DNA from: Paragordius varius
Lineage: Eukaryota > Animalia > Nematomorpha
Length of the DNA stretch: 64,000 nucleotides
NCBI GenBank assembly: GCA_964247055.1
Contig: OZ176050.1
Location: 4,340,001 to 4,404,000 of the forward strand
Direction: 5' to 3'
The notes below the pieces were generated by a model. The model saw only the letters and a list, made by a program, of their open reading frames with translations, had not been told where the DNA came from and made no database searches. The stretch's first letter is position 1; each line of letters starts with the position of its first letter. Of the stretch, positions 52,843 through 64,000 are shown in pieces. A program made the translations under genes and the position numbers.

Positions 52843-55800
52843 ATGATTGTGATTGATAAAATATCGAAATGTTTTCGAGCAACTCAAATCTTTTTGCTAG
52901 AACATAATCTCCTTTCACGGGATGAAGACAAGGATGTGGATCCACACGTTAAATTAATCGTCCTACTTGTATTCTTTATCATGATGTTGGATAACATGTT
53001 ATTAACCGTTGTAGGTAATTGTACATTCATTAATATATGTAAAATAATAATTATTATTGTTTATTTAAATTATTTAATGATCTTGAAATTATCAAGAAAA
53101 CTGAATAAAAGGCTCTGTAAGAAATTAATAGGTAAGAACATATCTATGGCTCTGGGTTTACCCAAATATCTTTTTACAAATGAATTAGGGAAAAATGTAT
53201 CGAATTATCTGCCTTTTTAAATGTATTCTCGATTGCTCTATAATCTTCCAATTTACCGCTGATATATGTATTATGCAATATAATTTATTTGAATTTATAT
53301 TTTTTGAGAATTTTGATAACCGAAAAGAAATTTTTCTTAATTAGATAAAGGGGTTATTAGATTTAGCCACAGAGAAGTCAATATTGTTTTCTGTTGTCAT
53401 TAATGTAACTTGAATGATTATACAAAACCTAAATATAGATGAATTTATTATGGAGGATTGGGGTATTGTAAATAATCTCAAATTTTCTTTTTCCTAAAGG
53501 ATGAAACTTATGGCCGGCTATATATAAACCATAACATTCTCCAGAGGTGACATGAAATGAAGAAATTTAGCGGTTTGGGATATTTCTAACATTCTTATAC
53601 ATTCCATGGAATGAGCTGTTGAGCCTACTCCAATTTGCCCATATAAAACTTCTTTTATAGGAAAATTAATATCCCCCCTTTTTTGGTTGCAAGGTTTTGA
53701 GATAGACTTAAGCCAAAAAAATAATGACTCAAAATTGTCATATCTCAACTTGGGACAAATCGGCTAATTTAAAATGACTGGCTCATAGCTCATTCACATG
53801 GCCCATAGTGTATATAAATTTGACACGTTTAATCATTCGACTATACGCCTTTACTTTTATTTTATTTTTTTATTTTCCATATATATTATATTTTATCTTT
53901 ATATTGACACTTTAGTGCCTATCATTCCACCAATTCTCTATAAATATGAACACGGGAACAAAGATTATTACCAACACAAGTTATTGAATGCAACAAAAGC
54001 AAAGCTTTACCCGCTTCCTAATGCACCACAGTTCCTTGTATTAGATAAAGAACTTATCCAAAGCTTAGAACATGTATCCAACAATAACAAAGTTTCAAAT
54101 ACCAAAATAATTGGTAAAAGACAAACAAAATCTAAAGTTAAATCAGTCAATAGATTAAGGTTTACTAAAAAACGAACCACATTGGCTGATTACGAATATG
54201 AATATGAAGAATATTATGTGGAAGAAACTGCGGCCACAACTAAAAGAAGAAAAATATATTCCACGCAAAAACCCCAACAAACATTGACAACTATAAAGTT
54301 GATTAACGCATCTTATTTATTCCAAAATATTATTTTCTCGAAACATAAACTTTTAATTTGCAAAATCCAACTTATTAAATATTTATACCTTAAAATATGT
54401 TATATATATAAGTTTTTAAATTGAACGATTGTCCATAAAACTAATTTTAGCGGACCATTTTTATATTCTTAAAATAAAGGCGGTTAGAATTAAAACAAAA
54501 AAACGGATATAATTTTGATTTATACCGCGAATGGTGATTATTGCATAAATATGATAAAATTATTGGCCATCATAACCAAGACTTTGACTGCAAATTAATT
54601 TTTATCCTTAACCATAAAATATCAGAAAGGGTTGTTTAAAAAAATATCATTTTTCACATAATGAAAGTTGAATAGCAAATTTCCTATTTGTTCACATAAA
54701 ATAAATGAATTTTTTAACAAAATGTTTTGCGAAAATTTGTTATTAGTTATAGGCTGATCAGCAATGCATGCTTAAATGTATTAGCTGAAACTATTTGTTA
54801 CACTAAACTACTTCTTTATCATAAACCGAATCCTTTGTAAAATAATTTAGTTAATTACCATAATATATAATATTAATAATTTTCCACAATGTTTAAAAAT
54901 AATTAAATAGAGTCCAAAAATTTTTTAGATACATTATATCATGGTAGGGCTAAAAATCACAATAATCCGCTTAATTGATCAACACAATTTAATTAAAATA
55001 AATTTTGTAATATTCGCTTATTGTGTACAAAAATCATTAATTACATTATATTAACTAATATTTGCGCCCATATAGACAGAGCTACATGGTTTATACCCCA
55101 TTAAGAAGTAATGTGTTAGTTGAGTCTAAAAATTCACCTACAAAGTTTGAAAATGTGGGTGAGGATGAACCACTTCCTGAAGACATCATTAATGAAAACA
55201 CACGTGTCGGTTTCCTTTTTGCCTCGAAAGCAATCATTCAACTGTTTATAAATCCGTTAATCGTTCCAATCATAATGAAGTAATTTTTGTCAAAAACATT
55301 AAATTTATAAAATACAATTGATTTGGCCTCTCTTTTGTCCCATCTATAAATAAAATGCATCCTATATATATAATAAGCTAAGATAAACATTGTGTAGATT
55401 ATAAATGATAGTTAACCTTAAAACCAAAAAAGGATGTTTAAAAAGTAACATATTTTTAAATGAATGTTATTTAAATTTTTCCACAATAATAGAAAGTAGT
55501 AAAATAAATTTAAACGGTCATCAAGATTAATTTTGCCGCTATCACAAACAATGCATAATTTGAAAACCAAATAATAAGCACAGACGCTAAAAATCTGATA
55601 TACTTTTATATTTATTTAGTTTTATAAAATTTATACCGTATTATCAAGCGATATTTTTAGATATTAAATGTAAATACAAATTAAAAATAAATTTTAAAAG
55701 GGTTAACATTCACGGTAATTATATCATTTAAAATTTAAATTCAACCTTAAACAATTCAAATTTACCCTCGAACAATTCAAATTCATCCTCAAACAATTGA

Positions 55801-58800
55801 AATTCAACTACAAATAAATTATATTTTTTTTCAGATTAAAAATTAGCTATATTTTTATATATTTTTAAAAAATAAAATATTTAATTCATAATACGAAAAA
55901 ATAATAAACTATGCCATAAGAACATATTTCATATCAATAATGAGTTATATTAGTTCGAAAACACATAATTTATTTTAGGGTGAATTTGAATTGTTCAAGG
56001 GTAAATATGAATCGTTCGAGGGTGAATTTGAATTGTTCGAGGGTAAATTTGAATTGTTGTATGATGAATTTGAATTGTTCAAGGGTGAATTTGAATTGTT
56101 TGCAGATGAAATTGAATTGTTCGAGGGTGAATTTGAATTGTTCGAGGGTAAATTTGAATCGTTTTATGATGAATTTGAATTGTTCAAGGGTGAGTTTGAA
56201 TTGTTTGAGGGTGAAAATCAGATATAACACTACTCCATCATATTACAAAGTTAATACTGCGTTTAAAGTTTGAGTAATTGAAGTTGTAGGAGATGCTTGA
56301 TTCATTCATTCCATTTTTATTTTAGCATAATAGCCGATTTTAATTTAATAGAAATTCAAAGGAATATCCTTACAAATACCTATATATTATTAATAATATA
56401 TTTGTTATTTAGAGTTGGTTATGGACCCCCTTTATGTGGAGGATTTGTCATACTGTTTCTATCATCAATGAGTAAGTGATAAGATACATTACAATAAGTA
56501 ACAATATAATTATTATTTTGTAAATATTTTGTGCGGTGGCGCATTTTTTGCAAAAGGAAGTTTGACTATGTGTTTACAAAATTTATATAACAATTTTATT
56601 GATTTGTAGTTTTTGCGTTTGGGAAAAGTTATAGTGCCTTATTACTTGCTAGAACAATTCATGGAATTGCATCTGCTGCGCTCAATATAGCGGGTATGTC
56701 GAAATAATATATTATCATTAAAATTTTTAAAAATAGGCAAAGTGGTCTGACCTTTTATAAGCTTTATAAATCCAAAAAATTAAATTGAAAAAAATAAAAT
56801 TATAGCTAAAAACTCAGAGATAATGAATTACAGTATGAATAAGTATGTGCTGGAAAATTATTAATTATTGCCAAATAGCATATTCAGCAAAGAGATTTAT
56901 TCTTGGCCAATAATATAACAAGTGAAAAAATAACTATAGGCCAATAATACTGTCCTTTGTTCTATAATTTAGCAATAATTAAGAACTTTCTAGCAATGTA
57001 TACTTACTCATACTGTAAAATATTGGCAGAACTTTGTGAATGCAAATTTTACGATCGGTTAAATTAACCAACAATAGTATGCAAGAAATGTATTAGATAA
57101 TATATTCAATTTATCGTTATCATCATTTTCGATATTAAAAACGGATTTTTATGGACTGATATCTGTAAATATATATATATATATATATATAACTAGCGTA
57201 AATCTCGTGCTGCTACGCAGCCCGGAAGTCCTTCGGACTTCTGGGGGGTGGGCTAGTTGAAAAAAGGGACAATAAAATGATCCACATATGTGGATTATTT
57301 CGAAACATTTATTTAATAGCTATCATCTTATAGGAATTTTAAAACGGTGCATTCATACTAATATATTGTTTACTTGGGGGGAAAATAGATTTGAAAAAAT
57401 ATTTTTGTGAACTTTGATTTTGAAAAAAATGGCATTTTACGGGGGAGAGGGTAAAAAGAGGGCTAAAATTAAAAAAGCGGGCCGACTATGTTCGGCGCAA
57501 TCTAAAATAAGTAAACAAAAATCATATTTGAAATTGAATGGTTCAACACGTTCTCCAGAAAATTGTCTCAAAGACGCGATTTTTGTGGACTTCTGTTTTC
57601 AAAAAAAGCTATTGTCGGGGGATTAATGATTATATTTTTTCGATGTTTGGATTTGAATGGGTCTTCCGGTTTTCCGGAAACAGATCACAAAGCCAGCATT
57701 TTCCATTTTTATAAATATATAGATTAATTATTAGACTCTTAGGATGTTAATAATAACGTAATATTATTTTTATGTTAAAATTTTTATCTAAAAAACTTTT
57801 TAATATTCATCCCACTTGAAATACATATTTTTGTATCTAGTTTATTTAAATATAAGCGTTGTATGATTGATTGCAATATTCGAATAGGACCGGGTTTAAT
57901 TCTTAAGTCAAAATGCTATTGTTATTACCAACACAATATATAAATAACTTTACAAACGGTTGACTGTAAATACAATTTTTATAAAGGTTTGTCTACTATA
58001 GTTTACCATCTTAAAATAGTTGCATATTTTCTGTAATTTTAAAATTTTTTATCATTTGATATAAAAAAAATAAAATTATTCATTTTTTAGATAAAATTTT
58101 TTAACGTTATAGAATGGTAATAATAAAATCGTTCGTATATAGGATTAGCAATTATGGCAGAAAATTTTCATAGCGACAAAATACGTAGTGTATATATGGG
58201 AAGGGCACTCAGTGGAATGGCTTTTGGCGTGTTTGGTAAGGATATTATTCTATACAATTCTATATCTATAATTTTTATAACCATCGAAATCATTTACCGC
58301 AAAAAATTTTATTTGTTGTCGACCTAGTTTTTGAAATATTGGGAGAAAATCGGAATTAACAGTAAAAATTAAGGATTGAAAAAATAATGATAAAACTTGA
58401 GATAAAGATTTATTATCATTTTTAGGTATTTACAATTAATAAATAGCCTAGAATCATGTAGTTGGTGTTTTTATTAAAACTCGGAAAAAAAAATCGCGTT
58501 TTTTTTAACATATTTAATATACTTAAAAAAATTTATGAAACTTTATTGAAATATTTTTTATTATTCACTATTTTTTACAGTAAATATATTTATCATAAAA
58601 TTAATAAAATATTGTTTTTTTATGTTTTTTTCATATGGTTTATGAGTGTATAATAAATTTACTGTTGTTTTTTTGAATCTTACATGAGATGAATTACAAA
58701 GTATATTAGTGAATAAGGATATACCAGTAGTGGAATATCACCGAAAATTCGTAAAAATTTGCAACAAGTTTGTTTTGTACACAAATTAATATTTTTACTG

Positions 58801-60934
58801 GGGTAGGGATTTTTTGTTGATATTCCACTACTGTAAATCCTATTTTGATACTTTGTAATTCTTGCTCATGTACGATTCGTAAAAGAAAAATTTATTATTC
58901 ACTCATAAACCAAATGACAAAAAAATGGAAAAATAAAAAATCATATTTTTTACATATTATAAAATATGAATAACATTTTAAAAATAAGTTTAGCTAATAA
59001 ATATAATTTAAAAATTTTTTAATTTAGTTTAAAATAATTTGTGTTTGAGTATGTTGAAAAAAATTTTTTGATCTGAGTTTTAATAAAAACTCCAACTATA
59101 TGATTTAGGCTATTTATAAATTGTAAATATCTGATAAAATTATAATAAATATTAACTCAAGTATTATCATTATTTTTTTGATAATCCTTATTATACTTAA
59201 TTTCTCTTTTTTCCCAATTTGATTTTCTTTCATTATTTCAAAAACTACATTAATAAATAAAAATTTTTGCGGCAAATGAATTCGTTGGCAATAAGCTATC
59301 TCATGAAAAAATTTTCGTTAGAAATTGACCCTCACACAGAGTGTAGTTGGGATATTATTTTATATAAAACTATAGATTTTTGGGTCGATTTAGACCTTAT
59401 AATTTAAGTAAAAATGCTTTCTAATATTATGTATTATTATAGGTAACATATACAACAAAGAGAATAAAGTGTTTCGCTGTTTTATGACCCAATAATTATT
59501 CTCTTTATTGTATATATATATATTCTATCTGGCTATTAAAAAACTAGCAATGTATCACTGTATGAGTAAGTATATATTGCTAGAAAATTATTAATTATTG
59601 CCAAATAGAATATGCAGCAAACAGAATTATTATTGGCTAATAATAGTAAAAAGTGAAAAAAATAACTATAAGTCAATAATACTGCTCTTTGTTGTATATG
59701 CTATTTGACAATAATTTTTAACTTTCTAGCAATGTATATTTACTCACACTGTATTTTTAAAACATTTAAACTATTCAATATATGTAAAAGGTGTTAAATT
59801 GCCCATATTTAACAATAATACTACTTTTTACAGTGTGCAAGTTAAGATAATAAACTAAAATATATAGGAAATAATTTAAAAACTCATCTTTATTACCAAA
59901 TTTATTTTTAGTTGGGTACCCGTTTGGCAGTGTAATTTATCATTTTATTGGGGACAGTGCGCCTTTTTGGATCATTGGATTAATAACTATAGTTATCGGA
60001 GGTTTACAATAACTTTCTTCCGTAAATTTTTAATTTCAAACTAGATGAACAATTTACTATAAATCATACATACTCCTCTAAAATTACAATTACAAATTAA
60101 TAAATTAGTTGCTTAATATGTTAATATTTTCTAGGGTTTACATGCTATATTATAAGACCAGAAATCAAACCACAGGTATAAATTTATGTAAAATTTAGAA
60201 TATACCATACCAAAACAATTACCTTTATCTATTTCGAGATAATTACATCCTAATCGCTACCGGTAATTATATATTTTTAACCATGCTTTTAAATTTTATT
60301 GAGTTATTCGAATTAAAAAAATTTACTTGTGTTGAATTTTATCATATAAAAATATTTATTTTATGACAAAATTATAAAAAACTAATTATTTTAATAAAAC
60401 TATTTGTAAGAAAAATTTAAAACGTATTGAGACAAGATATGTTTTATGCCCTCTAAAAATCGCTTGACGATTGGTAAATTCAGATCTTTTTAAATGTTAT
60501 TATCGATATCATTAGTTAAATTTGATAAATTTTTTATAATTGTTATCATAGGATTTATTTTAATAATGCTCCGATATATTACTTTTTAAAATATTTTTGT
60601 TATATACTAATAGGTTCCATATTCTTCTCTACCCTTTCTATTGCTGTTTTGGAACCATCCTTACCAATATGGCTTATGAACAAAATACATCCAGCACAAT
60701 GGAAATTAGGTATTTGTCAAAGTTATTTTATTAAATTTTAAGAATATAAATAATAATTATTTTTTTTAGACATTTTTTGTTTAACAAAAAAAAACAAAAA
60801 TAAATTTATATTTATATATATTTATATAATTAAATCCCAATATAATATCTTTTAGGTACCGTTTTTTTACCAGACAGCTTCGGATATTTGATTGGAACTA
60901 ATTTCTTTGCGAAATTCGCCTATAATGTGGGAAG
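52843..60934 (+). CDS. SLC18: SLC18 vesicular amine transporter family (VMAT-like; motifs best fit the portabella clade); 3' exons beyond window
   Basis: Exons 52843-53014, 53916-54297, 55076-55279, 56413-56471, 56610-56693, 58143-58235, 59912-60001, 60135-60175, 60199-60262, 60614-60709, 60856-60934; GT-AG and frame-consistent (454 codons so far). Motifs: LDNMLLTVVVPIIP, ENTRVGFLFASKAIIQL, LEPSLPIWLM, GYLIGTNFF. Confidence 0.93.
53600..53810. mobile_element. Small Harbinger-like MITE in SLC18 intron 1
   Basis: CCATGGAATGAGCTGTTGAGCC (~53605) is inverted as GGCTCATAGCTCATTCACATGGC (~53780-53802). Same terminal motif as 35416-36401. Confidence 0.5.
55725..56222. repeat. 21-bp minisatellite in two inverted blocks in SLC18 intron 3
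   Basis: About 11-12 GAATTTGAATTGTTCGAGGGT units at 55975-56215 and ~4 reverse-complement units at 55725-55810. Confidence 0.85.
56831..57015 (+). mobile_element. Tc1/mariner-type MITE, 185 bp
   Basis: TA|CAGTATGA...TCATACTG|TA with ~45-bp TIRs. Confidence 0.8.
57193..57723 (-). mobile_element. Non-autonomous Helitron, copy D (531 bp, no tandem array), in SLC18 intron 5
   Basis: Reverse strand A|TCTATATATTTATAAAAATGG ... hairpins-ATTTACG-CTAG|T. The 3' module is shared with copy A. Inserted beside a (TA)n tract. Confidence 0.88.
58280..59290. repeat. ~1-kb foldback element in SLC18 intron 6
   Basis: AGCCTAGAATCATGTAGTTGG (58444) is inverted as CCAACTATATGATTTAGGCT (~59092-59111). Inner arms 58640-58745 vs 58815-58915; outer arms 58285-58400 vs 59160-59280. 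Confidence 0.7.
59557..59751 (+). mobile_element. Tc1/mariner-type MITE (185-bp family)
   Basis: Co-linear homolog of 56831-57015 with the same TIRs. Confidence 0.78.
60176..60198 (+). other. Predicted 23-nt spliceosomal intron
   Basis: GTATAAATTTATGTAAAATTTAG lies between ...AAA CCA CAG and AAT ATA CCA.... Removing it keeps the frame through LFRDNYILIATG; read-through hits TAA at once. Confidence 0.7.
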
Positions 60935-61184
60935 GTATGGACTACAGTATAATTACTATATTGTGAGACTAGTCAGAATATATTTAAAGCAAAACACAGT
61001 CACTTTTTTTTATTAATAAAATGCGGATTTTATGGCTCAAAAATATATTAATGAATTAAAAAAAATTAAAAACGAATTTGAAATAATATGTTGTAAACGG
61101 TAAATTTAATCTATAAACTATATTTGGTTGGTTGGTTGATTATTCCTAAGTCGTAAATGACTTTTTGGATATAGTTTTCACTAT

Positions 61185-62005
61185 TTCTTTCCACTTTCTT
61201 CTATATTTTACCGCTAGATTGAGATCTTTAATGTCATTTTAGTCTCCTCTTTTATCATATCCAACCACCTCATCGGTGATCGGCCTCGTTTCCTTTGTCC
61301 TTCTACCTTCCCAAACAATGTATCTTTCTCTAGAGAATTCGATCGTATGACATGATAAAATGTTAACTTTCTTTTTTTTTCTCCAGGATGTTTGTTTTAG
61401 GCTTTATTTCTGTAGTAAGATTTCCATTCTTAATTTTATCCTTTCAGGTGTATCCTAGCATCCTACGCCAGCAGCTCCTTTCGATAGCCATTAGCCTTTC
61501 TTTGTCTTTCTGAAAGTCCAGCTCTCTCCATATGTGGTGACCGGGAGAACGAAACAGTAGAGCAATCTTTTTTTGGTTTCACCTCCTACGCTTTTGTTTT
61601 TCCAAATCTTTATTAGTTTGGTCATCGCTTCTTTACCCAATCCTATTCTCTTTCTGATGTTAGAACCCATCCTCTAAAATTACTGCGCCCAAAAACGTTA
61701 ACTGTTTAGCTATTTCTATTTCCACTTCCTCTATAATAATTGTAGGCTTTTCTCCAGTTACTATTTTGGTTTTGTTAGGGTTAAGCATCATAACTCAAAC
61801 GTTCCCTTCGAATCTCTTCAATCAATTCCTTTAAATCATTTACACTTTCAGCTATAAGAGTGGTATCGTCTGCAAACTTTAAATTATTGATTGTTATCCC
61901 TCCCTGTGCACATATTGCAGATAAGGGGATAAGCAACACCCTTGTCTGACTTCTTTCAAGATAGGTATTTCGTATGTGTCCCCCGCTGATGTTCTAATAA
62001 TCGCA
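61185..62005 (-). mobile_element. 5'-truncated RTE-like non-LTR retrotransposon fragment (RT C-terminal part)
   Basis: Frameshifted minus-strand translation gives EVRQGCCLSP, INNLKFADDTTLIA, PVTTYGESWTF, ERSCWRRMLG, GKVEGQRKRGRP. Confidence 0.85.
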
Positions 62006-63384
62006 TCTAAATTTAATGACTATAAATACCTCATAGATGAGTCAGAACAATCTTTTATATCAGGGGTGTCTAACACAAATGGCTTCGCGTGCCGCATTCT
62101 AAACTTAAAAAACTCGGCTAACATATATGGGCATTCAAATATTTTATAAGACAATCTACTGTTTATTTCTCCATATCTTTCTCTAGTCACTGGGAAAAAA
62201 TTGTTGAAACCATTTTTATTACAAATATTTTTAAAAACTATTGAATTGTAATAAGTTTTAATTTTTCGCGGGTCGTAAATATTAGCTTGGAGGCCCTTTT
62301 CTTGAACACCCATGCTTTATATTGTAAAAGTTTTAATGCGTTAGATCAAAATATTTGGGTAAAAGATAAAGCGCCTATTTTCGGGTCGCGCTTCAAATCA
62401 ATGAAATTAAAGGACAACATAGGCATAACTTTGGCACCCGCTGCATGAATCAGTGATGGCACCCCCTCCGTGATTATATATAAAATATATATATAAATAT
62501 ATATAATCAAAATAATAACTTTTAAATACCTATTTTTTAATAAAATTTCAAAATTCTGAAACCCCGCACTCCTTCAACTATGGGGTCGGGTGTATTAGCC
62601 TTTATTTGCCCTCCCCTAGACACCTCTGAAGGGCTACCCACCCCCCTTTGTGGCTATAATACATTATTATACTTTAAATTTGTTAAAAATATTAAACCTA
62701 AAACCATTTATAAACTCACAATTAAAAAAACAACTGTATTTACAATATAGTTTAATTTCGTCAATTTCCTTAGTTGTTTTATTAACTCAAATTAAAGACG
62801 TTAATAGTATTTGTTAAAATTAAAGTTAAAATCATTTTTCAAGGTGGAGTATTAAGCTTTTTTGAAAACGATATAAGATTATTCAGAGATTAAGGAGGGT
62901 TCTGAGCCCTAAAATTAACTATGGCATGCAAAGTTATTCAAAATTTTAGGACGGTGTAATAAAATACTAATGAGAGGGAAAGTGTTGTTAATTGGGAACC
63001 ACTACTAAGGTTTTTTAATGATAAGCACCATTAATTTTATAAAATACTGATTTATCAAATAATGGGACATTTACACTGTGCGGCAAAAATTGGGATCAAA
63101 AAATAAAGGTATGAATCATATATCATTCGATAGTTAGTTATAAGCAATATTATCGATATATGATATATGGGGCTAGATAAAGTTATTTAAATTTTCCAGT
63201 TATTAGCCAAAATCAAAAAATCGCATTTTTTTCGCATATTAGGTCAAAGAAAATCAAATACAATAGATGAAAACGTGTCAACTAAATTTTATTTGTTTTA
63301 TTATAACATAAGGATAATTCTAAACGCAAAATACAATCAAGAGAGATTTTATATTTTTTCGCAGGATCCCAGAAAGATTTTCAA

Positions 63385-63990
63385 GAATATCGGCTAAAAA
63401 ATCGCGATTTGGTGTCAAATTTGAATCATAAAAACTTATTATATGCGGTTAATTTTTTTAAAACAATCAATTATTAACTCTATATATAGAGATTACCAAT
63501 ATATTACGTTCAAAAAAAAATTTATGCCCTATATAAAAAAAAAATTTTCCGATAATTTGCACCAAAGCGGAAGCTGCATAAAATACTATAAAACATCCAA
63601 TATATATTATGAATATTTTTTTATACAATAGGAAAAAAATCTCTCACCTCAGATTTTGGATTTAGTTATCCGAAAATCTAGATTATATATTTTGGGCGCC
63701 ATTTTGGCTTTTATAATGGCAACATAAAAATCCCTAATTGAAAAATCGATGATAGATTTTTTTTCTGCATCGAATTGTATGGAAAAAGTATAAATAATAT
63801 ATATAAGGTGTTTTGTAAAAATTATAACAGTATCCGCTTAAATGCAAATTGAAAAAAATTTTTGAAGGCAATATATTGGTTATGTCTGTATATAGAGTTA
63901 ATATATGATTGTTTTTAAAAAAATAAAAATCTTTTACCGCATATTAATGAGATTTATGATTCAAATTTGACACCAAAGGGCGATTTTTTA
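63385..63990. repeat. Inverted-repeat (foldback/MITE) element near the window end
   Basis: AAAAAATCGCGATTTGGTGTCAAATTTGAATCATAAA...TATGCGGT (63396-63450) is inverted at 63935-63990. Confidence 0.6.
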
Positions 63991-64000
63991 AATGACATTA

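Noticed and set aside
53798-53915. Hydrophobic N-terminal extensions of track ORFs (53798-53915, 24791-24881, 20639-20774) and read-through tails
   Set aside because: They are AT-rich intron sequence read in frame; homology starts and stops exactly at the AG/GT sites used in the gene models.
62020-62313. 97-aa minus-strand ORF next to the LINE fragment
   Set aside because: No recognisable domain, and not continuous with the RT frame.

Overview
This is AT-rich animal genomic DNA with spliced genes; the species cannot be determined from the window. Four intron-containing protein genes were assembled by hand from GT-AG junctions with consistent reading frame. On the minus strand are mitochondrial glutamate dehydrogenase (10 exons, 552 aa) and a CNNM/unextended-type Mg2+/metal transporter (11 exons, 1357 aa, with a ~290-aa insertion). 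On the plus strand are a six-finger C2H2 protein (5 exons, 1381 aa) and an SLC18 vesicular transporter (11 exons visible; the 3' end lies beyond the window). The rest is dense with transposon relics: four non-autonomous Helitrons (two with ~160-bp tandem arrays), piggyBac-, Tc1/mariner-, Harbinger- and hAT-type MITEs, a decayed mariner, an RTE-like LINE fragment, and several foldback elements. No tRNA, rRNA or CRISPR array was recognised. The SLC18 locus is the most interesting: its motifs fit the orphan 'portabella' clade better than true VMAT, it needs a 23-nt intron to stay in frame, and its expanded luminal loop holds an acidic tyrosine-rich peptide between basic cleavage-like sites. All comparisons to other proteins are from recall, not database searches.
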